Assembly: GCF_964213995.1 (NCBI RefSeq)
Contig: NC_135801.1
Span: 64,232,001-64,296,000, forward strand
Origin: Mustelus asterias
Lineage: Eukaryota
Reading direction: 5' to 3'
Length of the DNA: 64,000 nucleotides
Position numbers and translations under genes: made by a program
Part shown: piece by piece, positions 26,720 through 39,900 of the stretch
Numbering within the stretch: the stretch's first letter is position 1
Layout of the letters: each line of letters starts with the position of its first letter
Notes under the pieces: model-generated
The model's database searches: none
Told to the model about the DNA's origin: nothing
What the model saw: the letters and a program-made list of their open reading frames with translations, nothing else

Positions 26720-28840
26720 AAGTGTGCACAGTGCGACATAACACTTTTTTCCCCTGTTGGCATTACTGCATCTGATGCACTAATATTACTAAATACAGTC
26801 TTATGTCCAAAGTTGCAATAAGCTTATTAATTTAGTTAACATTAATTCAGCTCTTTCACTCTTTTCTGCTGAATATTTTCTCCTTGTTTCAACAAAGCTA
26901 GTATTTCAACAAATCTGTGACAATCCTTCAACAAAACTGAAAACAAATTAAATGCAGAAAAGGATTTTCTCTTCTAAAGTTATCCACCGTCGGTGTCAAG
27001 TAGTTTCGATTTCCAGTGTGGGAGTTGAAAATGGGAATCATGGTGGGCAACCTTGGAAAGAGTTTGGAGGCTGCTAGTTGCAAGGTCGGGCTGGATGAAG
27101 GTATACCTTGATGCTCAGGCACTTTGTTGAAAATATTAAAAAACGAATGAAGTAAAACCTCCTTCTCGCCCTCACCTCCCCATCCATGCCAACCCATATA
27201 ACCTCATGACCCTCCACCTATCCCCATGGCCTCCCATTTCTTGCATACCAACCCATGCCCCTCCTCTCACCCCCATTTTCTCCCATATTCTCCAGGCATC
27301 CTATGTCCCTACACCCGCACTCATGGCCCTTTGTAGCTCCATGCCAAATTAATGCCAACTCATGCCAACCTATACCCCTATCCACCATCCTTTGCAGGTG
27401 AGCTGCAATGCCAACTCACCTATTATCCACCATGAGCAGACCTCAGGACACATGCTGAGATTAAATTCAGTTCTTAAGTTTCTATTGATGAATGCACTAT
27501 TACAAAAAATATACTTTGATAAAAACTCATTCACTACATTTAACTTGCTTTAATCCCTTATGAAAACTAACATTTGTATTGTTTATAACCATTTAGCTGT
27601 CAGTGGAACTAAACTGACATGCATCCCATTGTAAAAATGGTAAACATCAAGTTTATGTCAACAGTCAGAGTGAAATAGCAAGCACTGGTTTTTTTTTTTT
27701 AACGCACTGCAGACATTTATTTTAATATTTAGCGGACAGGGCATTTATATTCATTGACAGCTTGATAGTTCTCTTGACTGTTCCAATGAACTTTACATTT
27801 CTAATAAGTTCATGCACAATGCATATCTACTTCTGACAATCGCATAGGACACCTGATGTCTCCCAAAGATGTCCCAGGGCCATATCTAAAAGGGTACCTT
27901 ACCTGTCCAAATGAATACCCTACTTCTCCAAAGAACCCAGGCAGCTTTAAACCTTCTAGCAAGTCTAAAGTGCACAAGGTGTGTTTTAGACACCCCACTA
28001 GTGAAAACCAGATCTGGCTGAGGCAGCTTCACTTTAACTTGCACAGTTGCCTCTATAAACTATGGATGTTCGCATTAGAACCTACCTCCTCTCCTCCACT
28101 GCGATAATAGTGTGGGTCAGATTAGGGGACAGGATCTCTGGATCTGGACCTCTGCTGCTGTTTTGGCTGAGACAGAGAGCCTCTTCCTTCTGCTTAGAAA
28201 TTCTAGCCCTAGTGGGAGCAGTGTACATACAGAAAAGAAGAACACGATATATTGCAAGATGAGAACAGCCTTTAGCTATTGAAAATCAACTTGCAGATGT
28301 ATGAGTTATTCCATTTGTAAATCTGAGTTCAGGCTAAATCCTTGATACATAATTGCTCAACTCTGAGTGAGTAGTTAGATTTCTAAAAAGATAAAGGATT
28401 TGGAGAATCGTTCGGCACCATTTTGCAAGAAAACTTAATTTTCTCAATTACGTTAAGTGCAGAAAACATTTAGATTAGCGTCTAGACTAAATAGAGAATT
28501 TTGAATTTAAACATAAGGACCATTCTGGTCTCCAGCTGTGAAAGTTTGCCTACTAACAACAGCACTAAATATAAAATATTAGGGTTCTCATGCTTAAACC
28601 TTGGTGCTGGAGAAAATTCTCACAGGGTTCACAAAATGCAGTTAATAATTACTTTTTTTCAGAAAGTAAGGTTTAATTATTGTAGAATCATAAATGTCTG
28701 CAGTGCAGCAGATTAGATCTTTACATTGAGCAGTAATTAGATGAGCTCAATAAAGGACAGCCAATGATCCACCCTACCAGACTACTGCACTGGTAGTGAA
28801 GGTGAAGATCTACCCCATTGTGCCTGAACTGTTTTTTTGC

Positions 28841-29135
28841 TAAGTTTAAGTTTATTTATTAGTGTCATAAGTAGACTTACATTAACACTGCAATGAAGTT
28901 ACAGTGAAAATCTCCGAGTTGACGCCTGTTCGGGTACACTGAGGGAGAATTTAACATGGCCAATGCACCTAACCAGCAGTTTTTCGGACTGTGGGAGGAA
29001 ACCGGAGCACTCGGAGGAAACGCACACAGACACAATGAGAACATGCACATTCCGCACAGGCAGTGACCCAAGCCAGGAATCAAACCTGGGGGTCCCTGGG
29101 GCTGTGAGGCAGCAGTGCTAACTAATGCGCCACGT
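28841..29135 (-). mobile_element. V-SINE-like SINE, alternative-tail type
   Basis: Same head and core; tail cattgcagtgttaatgtaagtctacttatgacactaataaataaactt. Confidence 0.8.
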
Positions 29136-31727
29136 GCAAGAGACATCCTAAACATCCAAAATGAATCCCGTTGCCCCATGTTTTTCCCACAGGCCAGTTT
29201 CTTCTACTGCTTCAAATATCTATCAGATTCACCAAAACGGCACACCATAAAAAGAGAGTAAGTGAAAGGAGGATACTGATCTTTAAGTGTGCGTGCAAGA
29301 CTCCTTTCTAAGTGGTTTGACACTCTAGAAATGATGTTTGCCAAAGTGGAAACTGAGAGCTGTTGCATTACATAGAATTGTACAGATTATACAGCACAGA
29401 AACAAAACATTCAACCTATTCCACATGCGGCTTCTTCCATTATTTATATATATAGAGCTTGTTGAATAATGATGAGCATTGGCTTGGAACAATAAAAGTA
29501 AGTCACTGAATGACATCAGCCTATGGAAACCATGATATATTTAGGTTGGTTGATTGATTGTCTGTATCTTTCCAGCTGCATGATCAGCCACAAGGTGAAT
29601 GGTGTACTCTCCTAGGTTACCATAGGACAGCCGAGCTGCAGTGTGCTATGGCTTTTTTTGAAGCATGGCTGGCTATCTTACCTATAACATCAGTAAATTG
29701 TATGGCCCACCTGTACCTGCCACTTCTAACACAATTGAATAATAGTTTTCTGCATAATAAATAAAGTGATAGGAGGAAACTGCATGATCCTGTCAAAGAT
29801 GCATCACAAAGACTGCAAGTTTAAGATTAACCATTGCTTTGTTTCCCAAACACTTTCCAGAGTCTTTTTTTGGTTTCTGCACCTGTGACTCTTCGATTGC
29901 CGGGGCACAGTGAGTACTAGGAAAGCAAGTGCGAGGGAGAATGTGCCACATTGGAGCCCATCTGGCTTTCAACACACTTAAGTGAATGGACAGCAAATAA
30001 GGCAATTTACATGAGGGATGTGGCTTCCTTCCCTCATTTTTTTCTTGTAATCATCTTGTCCAGACAATCAACCAAGGTGCAGGAACAAAAAAATTAGAGC
30101 TTGAGAGAGTTTTGTTTTTTAATAGTGGAGATCACTTATATAGTGGAGATCCTGCATTCACTCGTAGAGCTGGGGAATTTGGCCACGACCTAAGGTTGAT
30201 AGTTGAGGTAAATAATTTGCAATGTTGAGTGTGATATCCACTAGAATAATAACAGCCTTGCATGCCATCATATTTGAAGCAACTCTTTTTGCTGAAGTAT
30301 AGTGATTGAATCTTAAAAAATCCAGAAGGTCATTGGTCCACCACAGAAGATGCTCAGAGATCAGAGATTTCATTTAGTCTTGCTATAAAGGTTAAATCAC
30401 ACGAAGCCTACTCACTACCACACCCCCATCCCGATCGCTGGCCTCCCTCCCTCCCTCTGTCACTGATCCTGACTGCAGAGTGGCAGAGGGATCCCCCACC
30501 CCCACTGATCTCCCCCAATTAAGCCCCGCCCCCTTGGCACTGCCTGATGCCAGATGGGCAGTGCCAACCTGCCCCTGGGCATTGCCACTTTGTCCTTTGG
30601 GCAGTGCCATGGGATCAGGCTGACACTGCCTGGTCCCATGCTCAGGGGGCAGAGAGGTACCTCCCTTTTACCCTTGACCCACCGGAGGGGCATCCATGGC
30701 CCCCCCTTCACTCCAGCGGGGTCAGGCCACCAACTCCCCAGGATTTCAGTCCCATGCCCGCTAATCAGATTCAAATGAACATAAGAATAATTTATTCAGC
30801 TCCGTGCTGATTTCTGGCGTGGAGCTGATAACACCGGAAATCCGGTGGCTGGCGACATGTGGAGGCCATGGCGCCCAGCAGAAAGCCCGTTAAACGGCCT
30901 CTGCTTATGTCTCCCGGTGGTACAGCAGGCTGGGAGAATCACCCCCTACATCTGTGTTACCTTGGTACAATGTCCTACAAAATGCTTTAGAACATGATGT
31001 CATCTGAAGTCAGGTACGAGGCAGTGTCATCAATATTATAGATTAGCAGTTTGCCTCAAAATGTGAAGTTTTATATTCACGTTTATGGCTGGATTTTGGA
31101 CTGATGGGGGAATCTCATTGGAGGCAGCCCATTGTGGATCTGCAACCCAGGAGACCACTATTTGTTGAGCAACCTTTCAAGGGCATGGGAAAGCCATGCC
31201 ACTCCTGTTAACTCCCGGAGGTACCAGTAAATTGCTGAGGTCTTGTGAATAATGGGTGTCAAATGACTAATGAGCCTAGTTGACATCCTGCCAGCAGCGA
31301 CTGAGAATCCCACATCAGCCCCTTCTGTTCTCCTGCTTAATCATTGAAGGCTTTCCTGCCATCAGGGTACTGATTCGGGACCTCTCCTGTGACTAAGTGC
31401 CGTCATGGTTCCTGCCGCAGAGGGCTACATTAAATTCAACCTTTACAATCTTGCTGTTTGGAGATTAGGTCACATGCTTACATCCAAACAGCATATGTCT
31501 TTTATGATCAAGGTCTGCAATTCTCTACTTGAGTCCACGGTGAAACTATTAAACAAAAAAAAAGTGAATAAATTCTCTGACATTTCACTGAAATGGAGAA
31601 TTCTTCCCAATCAATGTCATTTCCCTTCTTGGTGGTTGATCTGGATATTAATAAGCATTTTTACTGTGCAATACAAGTCTACGTCAGGAGAAAACATTTC
31701 ACAGTCAATTGTGTTTTTTTCCCCTAG

Positions 31728-31941
31728 ACTTTCAATGAATTTGAGATTGAACAGCACCAGGAATGTGCTTATGATCATCTAGAAGTGTTTGATGGAGAGA
31801 CTGATAAATTTGCAATCCTGGGCCGTTTCTGCGGCGGCATCGTTCCAGCTCCTGTCATCTCCACTGGAAACAAAATGTTTATCAGATTTGTTTCTGATGC
31901 ATCTGTACAAAGGAAAGGTTTCCAGGCTACTCACTCCACCG
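31728..31941 (+). CDS. TLL1: TLL1 exon: C-terminal part of CUB4 (214 nt, phase 0/1)
   Basis: tttttcccctag acceptor, G|gtaagt donor; [71 protein letters not shown]. Confidence 0.97.
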
Positions 31942-32608
31942 GTAAGTTTAACGAGACGCTGGAACTTGAGGACATCTCATTTTTCAGGGACATCGTAACA
32001 TGAAGCTGGGCCATGCACTTGTTTCCAGAAGCAGGGAGAGCACGTTGTGAAGTGATTCACTCCCAGCCTCAGGAGCAAAGCAGTAGTCGTAAAAAATACC
32101 ATTCTCAGGATTTTCCTGTCTCTTCAACTCTGACTTTCATCCCAGCAGCAGTAGTTCCTTGAGCTGACAAGACATCACTTCCTGAAACTACCTGCCCTTC
32201 CTCCTTAAGACCTTTTTAAAAGCCCAACTCTTTGACCAAACTTTTGGCTGCTCCTCCTAATTATCGGCGGGCAAGATTTTAACTCTCAACCTCTCCATCC
32301 ATTTGGACAGCTAAAATCAGGCCCAATTTCTCCTTTTGGTTTTAATCCATTTTTTTTCCTTGCTTGAAGAATTGTGAATTGCTTTGGGACATTTTCCCAA
32401 CATTAAATGTGGTACATCCATGGGAGTCGTCATTGTGGATATGGACGCAGATAGGGTTATTTTTCCACCTCCATTGAAACTCAATTTAAATAGAATTGGA
32501 AGTCAGTACTGGCATCTTGTTCATTGTTAACCACTGTGTGGTGTAATAGTGCCACCTTGTGGCAAAGGTAAATTTAATTATCAGTCACATTTGTCTGTGA
32601 CTTGCAGA

Positions 32609-32897
32609 TTAAGTTAAGTTTATTTATTAGTCACAAGTCGGCTTACATTCACACTGTAATGAAGTTATTGTGAAAATCCCCTAGTCGCCGCACTCCGGTG
32701 CTTGTTCGGATACATTGAGGGAGAATTTAGCATGGCCAATGCATCTAACCAGCACGTCTTTAGATGTGGGAGGAAACCAGAGCACCCGGAGGAATCCCAC
32801 GCAGACACAGGGAGAATGTGCAGATAGTGACCCAAGCTGGAAATCAAACCCAGGTCCCTGGCGCTCTGAGGCAGCAGTGCAAACCACTGTGCCGCTG
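32609..32897 (-). mobile_element. V-SINE-like SINE, alternative-tail type
   Basis: tRNA-like head at about 32850-32897; tail gacttgtgactaataaataaacttaactt. Confidence 0.82.
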
Positions 32898-33239
32898 TAG
32901 TAATTGAAGATTATAACTGTGCAACATCACCAAACTTCGGTAAATAAAACAAATATGCTCAGCATATTTCTAAAGAAACAAATGAAGTAAAATATATTCC
33001 CTTGTGTATATAATGCTTCAACACTTTTGTGTGATCACTCATTTAGCAAAATGCCACATTTATGGCATTTGTTGTTCAAGTTAAAACAAAGTTGGAAGTA
33101 CGCTGCTGTGACATGTGTCACTGTGAAGTGGGATGTGGTTCACATTCACAGACAAGTTTCAAAACTAACAGAATGTTACGACTGCAAACGATCAGGGAAA
33201 TCTGCAGGGCAGCGACCAATGTTGAAAAAGCAAAATATG

Positions 33240-33400
33240 TGGCTGCTGGAAATCTGAAATGAAAATAGAAAAAGCTGGGAATATTCAGTATGTTAGGGAG
33301 TTCTGATGAAAAACTTGAAACGTTAATTCTGTTTCTATCTCTCAGATTCTACCTGACCTGCTGAATATTTTCAGCTTTTTCTGCTTTTATTACAGACTAA
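33240..33400. mobile_element. Short palindromic Penelope-derived element with a degenerate hammerhead (33298-33329, +)
   Basis: Inverted arms about 33252-33290 and 33360-33397; gagtt CTGATGA aaaactt GAAA cgtt aattc. Confidence 0.6.
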
Positions 33401-34429
33401 TGGTACTTTTACAGGATTTTACATGCTGAAAATGTGTCAATGATGGCAGAAAAATGATACTCTCGACACTGATGATGCTCTTTAATGTAAAGCAGGATTT
33501 CTGGATATCTAATGATATCATAGGCATGCATTTACATGTGTCTCATAGACTGGAACATGATCCCAGTTATATGTAATAGCATGATATTGAAATGTTACTG
33601 CCTATGGGTCAAAATGTTTCCAAGATCAGTAGCTCTTGATTTGGAACAACTACAAATGAGGAAGCGTGTTGCACAGGTGTTAGAGGTAATTGGTTGAATG
33701 CCAATTGCATGAAATGCAAGTTGAATGCCAATGAGTGCCAATTGCCAGAGTGCAATACTGATGCTACAAAATGCATTTATCTTCTGCAGTGTTTAGTGTA
33801 TTATCGTATCATGGCAATACATTGCAGTTAGCTTGATGGCAGACCATATTAAAGTAAATATATTGGGGTTATAATTAGTCATTATGTTTAATTTTAAATG
33901 AGGCTTTCCAAGATGGCAGATGCCATTCTAAATAGGGATGGTTCAGTAAAGACATGGGAAGGGTTACAGCACCCTCTACTGTTCCAATTGATGAAACAAA
34001 TCTGATGCAGTATTAACATCAATTTTCTTCTAATACTAACTGTAAGCCCTAGTTTGAAATAGATTATTTCTTAGCTAGCTAAAGAGTACAGATTCTGATG
34101 GTGTCCTCCCAAACTTCTCTAATGCCTGCTCATTCTCCACTATTTGTGAGATAATTTGCAATTCCAAGACTTACTGAATAACCTTTTTGGAAGATGGTTC
34201 TCCAGGGTTTCAGAAAATTGTCAAATTGGTGAGGAACATCCAAGAATTGAGTCTAGTCTCTGTTAAAATAACTATTCTCTGACTGGTGATGGTGAAAGTA
34301 CGTGATAGCTGGAGTGTTATAATTTACCTGAGCTTTTTGGGTTACTAGTGGAGAAGTGTTAGGATCTCCTGCTTCCAATTGATATTTAGTGATTTCTTCC
34401 GGAAGTATATATATGTCAGAAGAAGACAG

Positions 34430-34970
34430 GATCACACAGGAAGATAGAAACAGGAGGAAGCCAATCAGTCCCTTAAGCCTCTTCCACTTATGATTAAACC
34501 ATAGCTGATCTGCTTCTTAACACTATTTATCAGCCTTGTCTCAGAATCTTTAATTGCCTATCAAAAATTGATCATTCTCAGTTTTAAAATTTTTAATTGA
34601 CCTTGTCTCAACAACTTCCTGGGGAAAAGAGTTCCAAAACTCCATTACCCCTGGTGTGAAGAAGTGTTTCCTGACATTTAGTTTTAAGGCTATGCCCTCT
34701 TGTTCCGGACTCCCCAACTACAGTGGGGAAAAAAGATTCCAATTAGATGATAAAATCTTTTAATCAGATTAATCACCTCATTTAATAACCCTTTAATGTT
34801 CTATACTGATGGGGATATAAACCAGATTTTACATGAACCTATCTTCATCAATTAACCTTTTCACTCCTGGTATTCTGGTGAATTTGCATTGCAGCCCATT
34901 CAACTCTAAATTATTCTTCCTAATGTGTGGTGCCCAGAACTGAGTGCAGTTCTCTAGCCTCTCACTGAAT
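34430..34970 (-). mobile_element. Old CR1 3' fragment
   Basis: LENCTQFWAPHIRK...KFTRIPG-like peptide and CR1-type 3'UTR. Confidence 0.65.
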
Positions 34971-36169
34971 AGTCTGTGTTTGTTGTTGTTGTTACCGACC
35001 CATGCTTGAGTCATGACTGCTTGGGTGAACTATCAAGAGGGTGATCCAAGACAGTAAGGAGTCAGCACCTTCAGGGAAGAGTTAAAGTTATAATAGGAGA
35101 AAGTGTTGCCTTTCAGAAGAATGATCAAATATTAACCCATCTGGTATTGTGTGGCATCTCGAATGCCACTAATGCCATCTCATTTACTTTGTTAATAGCT
35201 GGCGGTAAAGTGAAAGGATAATAAATTCTGAAGACAAAATGAAACAAAACATGTTGCTTTAGATAAATCTGATAATTTTGATGGAATCTATTTAAAAATT
35301 GATGTGGACAGAAGTAATAACAGCTTATGGCTTCTTTGCTTTTCATGTGCATTATAATATCATTCATGTGCATTGGAGGACATACAAGGCAAAATGTGGA
35401 ATATTAGGAAATCCCAGCATTGGTAATGGTAATCTATTAACACAACTGTTCTAAAAGCAACATGGCCAATTATAGCATCAAACTTGCATGAAGACAAATT
35501 GTATGGCGTGATTTGTGTACAGGGTCACTCGCTCTAGGGCATGAAAGCAAAGGTCATGAGGACGGCCATGTACTCTCCGCAACCTCTGAAGTATGACTAC
35601 AACACAGAGCAGAGCCACATTTAAAATGGTTACAGATCATTCATTGAATCACCTGAGAGCTTCTCTAAACTTAACTTGACCTCTTTTAATGTTACCATAT
35701 AGTGGGTCGAAAGTTGAACCAGCATGCGAGTGCTGATAAACAGAGCTCTACATGTGTTTGAGCAATGCGTATGAAGCTCCACTGTCCCCAGACAGTCAGT
35801 AACGGGGCAGCCAACAGTATAACTTAGGGTTGTCAGTCCTTCAACACTGTGGATTAGTACCAGCTTGAGACAGGTACATGCACAAGTATACATTTAGTGT
35901 GCCAAATAATTCTTTGCTCGGCTTCTGTACTTGAATTCTGGTACATTGAAGTGGTTGTTGACATTTTTGAAATACAGAAGTGCATTTTTTGATTAGTCTG
36001 GATTTTTTCTGACGGTGAAATCTTAATGTTGGGAATCAAGTTCCAAAACACAGCTGTGCTTCTCTCTAAATCACACTGAGACTAAACAGCTGCATTCTGT
36101 TATGGTTCTTTACTTCTGTCTGGCAGGTTTTTACAACTTTAGTGTTATATGTTTTATGTGAGAGTTTCA

Positions 36170-36865
36170 AATAGAGAGAGAACAATTTATAGCAATATCT
36201 GACCAGGAAACTAGACATGCACCAAAAATGAACGGTAGGAAAGTGTAGGCCAGTACGGATTTATTAAGGGCAAACTGTGATTAACTAAGTTGAATTTTTT
36301 TGATCAGGTTGATGAGGGTGACGTGGTTGATGAAATGTGCTTGGACTTTCAAAGGGCATTTGATAAACAGGTCTGTAAGCAAAATGAGAGCTTATGGAAT
36401 AAAATGGACATTAGCAGCGTGGATATGAATTTGGTTAAGTAACAGGAAACAGAGAGCAGTGGTGAGCATTTTTTTCAGATTGGGGGAAGGTTCTCCAAGG
36501 GGTCTATGTTAGGACCACAGTCCAGAGCAGAGCCACGTTTAAAATGGTTACAGATCATTTATTGAATCACCTGAGAGCTTCTCTAAATTTAACTTGAACT
36601 CTTTTAATGTTACCATATAGTGGGTCAAAAGTTGAACCAGCATGCGAGTGTTAATAAACAGAACTCTACATGTGTTTGAGCAGATGTGTATGAAGCTCCA
36701 TTGTCCCCAGACAGTTAGTAATGGGGCAGCCAGCAGTATAAGTTGGGATTATCAGTCCTTCAATATGTTATGTTGAAGGATCTATGTTAGGACCCTTTTT
36801 TTTAACACATATATTAATGACCTAGACTTGAGTATACAGAGCGCAATTCAAAAATGTACAGAAAG
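36170..36865 (+). mobile_element. Old CR1 RT fragment interrupted by a templated insertion (36517-36780)
   Basis: Decayed motifs GFIKGK, CLDFQRAFDK, WLSNRKQRAVV and PRGSMLGP, then YINDLD after the insertion. Confidence 0.75.
36523..36765 (+). repeat. Local direct duplication of 35605-35846
   Basis: Manual alignment gives about 18 substitutions and 1 indel over 242 bp. Confidence 0.95.
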
Positions 36866-36988
36866 GGCTACCTTTCAAGGGGTGTGGAAGTTTGAGGGGA
36901 GGCGACCGCTCTCCTGAAGGAAAGTTGGCCGGCAGCCCCACAATCATATCACACTCCAGGTGGGCTACAGTGGTTGAGGGTACGACTT

Positions 36989-39900
36989 AGAAACATAGAA
37001 ACATAGAAAAACTACAGCACAAACAGGCTCTTCGGCCCCACAAGTTGTGCCGAACATATCCCTACCTTCTAGGCCTACCTATAACCCTCCATCCTATTAA
37101 GTCCCATGAACTCATCCAGGAGTCTCTTAAAAGTCCCTATTGAGTTTGCCTCCACCACCACTGACGGCAGCCGATTCCACTCACCCACCAGCCTCTGTGT
37201 GAAAAACTTCTCCCTAACATTTCCCCTGTACCTACCCCCCAGCACCTTAAACCTGTGTCTTCTCGTAGCAGCCATTTCCACCCTGGGAAAAAGCCTCTGA
37301 GAGTCCACCCGATCTATGCCTCTCATCATCTTATATACCTCTATTAGGTCTCCTCTCATCCTACGTCTCTCCAAGGAGAAAAGACCGAGCTCCCTCAGCC
37401 TATCCTCATAAGGCATGCCACTCAATCCAGGCAACATCCTTGTAAATCTCCTCTGCACCCTTTCAATCATTTCCACATCCTTCCTGTAATGAGGCGACCA
37501 AAACTGAGCACAGTACTCCAAGTGGGGTCTGATGAGTGTCTTATATAGCTGCATCATTATCCCCGGACTCCTAAACTCAATCCCTCGATTGATAAAGGCC
37601 AGCACACCATACGCCTTCTTAACCACCTCCTCCACCTGCGGGGCCAATTTTAGAGTCCTATGGACCCGGACCCCAAGGTCCTCTGATCCTCTTCAGTACT
37701 AAGAGTCTTTCCCTTTATATTGTACTCCTTCATCCCATTTGACCTGCCAAAATGGACCACTACGCATTTATCTGAGTTGAAATCCATCTGCCACTTCTCC
37801 GCCCAGTCTTGCATCCTATCTATGTCCCTCTGTAACTTCTGACATCCCTCCAGACTATCCACAACCCCACCAATCTTCGTGTCGTTGGCAAACTTACCAA
37901 CCCATCCCTCCACTTCCTCATCCAGGTCATTTATGAAAATGACAAACAGCAAGGGTCCCAGAACAGATCCCTGGGGCACACCACTGGTGACCGACCTCCA
38001 TTTAGAAAAAGATCCATCTATACACACTCTCTGCCTCCTTTGGGCAAGCCAGTTCTGGATCCACAGGGGAGCAGCACCTTGGATCCCATGCCCTCTCACT
38101 TTTTCTAGAAGCCTTGCAAGGGGGACCTTATTGAACGCCTTGCTAAAAATCCATATAAACCACATCTACTGCTTTCCCTTCGTCAATGTGTTTAGTCACA
38201 TTTTCGAAGAACTCCACCAGGCTCGTAAGGCACGATCTGCCTTTGACAAAGCCGTGCTGAGCATACTAAACCTCTCTAAATGCTCATAAATCCTGTCCCT
38301 CAGGATCTTCTCCATTCGTTTACCAACCACTGAGGTTAGACTCACCGGTCGGTAATTTCCTGGGCTATCCCTATTCCCCTTCTTGAAAATAGGAGCCACA
38401 TCCGCAATCCTCCGGCACCTCTCCCGTCTCCATCGACGACGCAAAGATCATCGCCAGAGGCTCTGCAATCTCTTCCCTCACCTCCCACAGTAACCTGGGG
38501 TACATCCCATCCGGACCTGGTGACTTATCTATCTTGATGCCATTCAAAGATTCTAGCACAACCTCTTTCTTAAAGTCCACATACTCAATCTTTTCAGTCC
38601 ACCCAGGTCCTTTTCCTCTGTGAAAACCGAGACAAAATACTCATTAAGCACCTCTGCCATTTCTACTGGTTCCGTACAGACTTTCCTGCCTTCACCTTTT
38701 ATAGGCCCTATTTCTTCACGTCTCATCCTTTTACTTTTCACATACTTATGGAACGCCTTAGGGTTCTCCTTAATCCTACCTGCCAAGACCTTCTCGTGAT
38801 CCCTTCTGGCTCTCCTAATTTTCTTCTTTAGTCCCTTCCTACAAGCCATATACTCATCTAGATCCCTATCATCGCCTAGCTCTCTGAACCTTTTGTATGC
38901 TTTCCTTTTCTTCGCGGACTAGGTCCCGCACAGCTTTCGTGCACCACGGTTCCTTTAACCTACCAACACCTCCCTGTCTGCTCGGAACGTTGTCCTGTAG
39001 AACTCTGGACAGACATTCCTTGAAAAACTGCCACCTCTCTTCAGTACATTTCCCCGAAAATACCTCCTTCCAATTTACTCCTCTAATTTGCTGCCTTATG
39101 TCTTCATATTTCCCCTTACTCCATATAAACACTTTCCTAGCTTGCCTGATCCTCTCTTTTTCCAATGCAAGCATAAAGGAGATAGAGTTATGATCGCTAT
39201 CCCCAAGCTGCTCTCCCACTGAGAGATCTGACACCTGTCCAGGTTCATTGGTCAGTATCAGATCAAGTACAGCCTCTCCTCTTGTAGGCTTGTCCACATG
39301 CTGTCTCAGGGAACCCTCCTGAACACACCTAACGAACTCCTCCCCATCCAATCCCCTTACCCTAGGGATATTCCAATCTATGTTTGGGAAATTAAAATCT
39401 CCCATCACAACAACTCTGCTATTACTGCATCTCTCCAGGATCTGTGTCCCTATCTGCTCCTCCACCTCCCTGTTACTATTGGGCGGCCTATAGATAACTC
39501 CCAGCAAAGTGATCGACCCCTTCCCACTCCGAACTTTCACCCACAGAGACTCTGTAGACAATCCCTCCATAGCATACACCTTCTCTACAGCTGTGACACT
39601 ATCCCTGATCAACAGTGCCACTCCACCCCCTCTCTTGCCTCCCTCCCTGTCCTTCCTGAAACATCTGAATCTCGTCACCTGGAGTATCCAGTCCTGACCC
39701 TGAGACATCCAAGTCTCCGTAATGGCCACCACATCACACTTCCAGGCATCGATCCACACTCTGAGCTCATCCCCTTTATTCACGATACTCCTGGCATTAA
39801 AGTAAACACATCTCAATCCTTTGGTCTGAGCTCTCCCCTTCTCTATCCCCCGTCCATCCTCCCTCTTGCACTGTCTATAACCCTTCTCTGTTTGCGAGCT

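Noticed and set aside
12780-28090. circRNA of the EGF2 and CUB4a exons driven by inverted repeat copies
   Set aside because: Inverted repeat pairs are expected at this repeat density and these copies are quite diverged; nothing specific in the sequence supports it.
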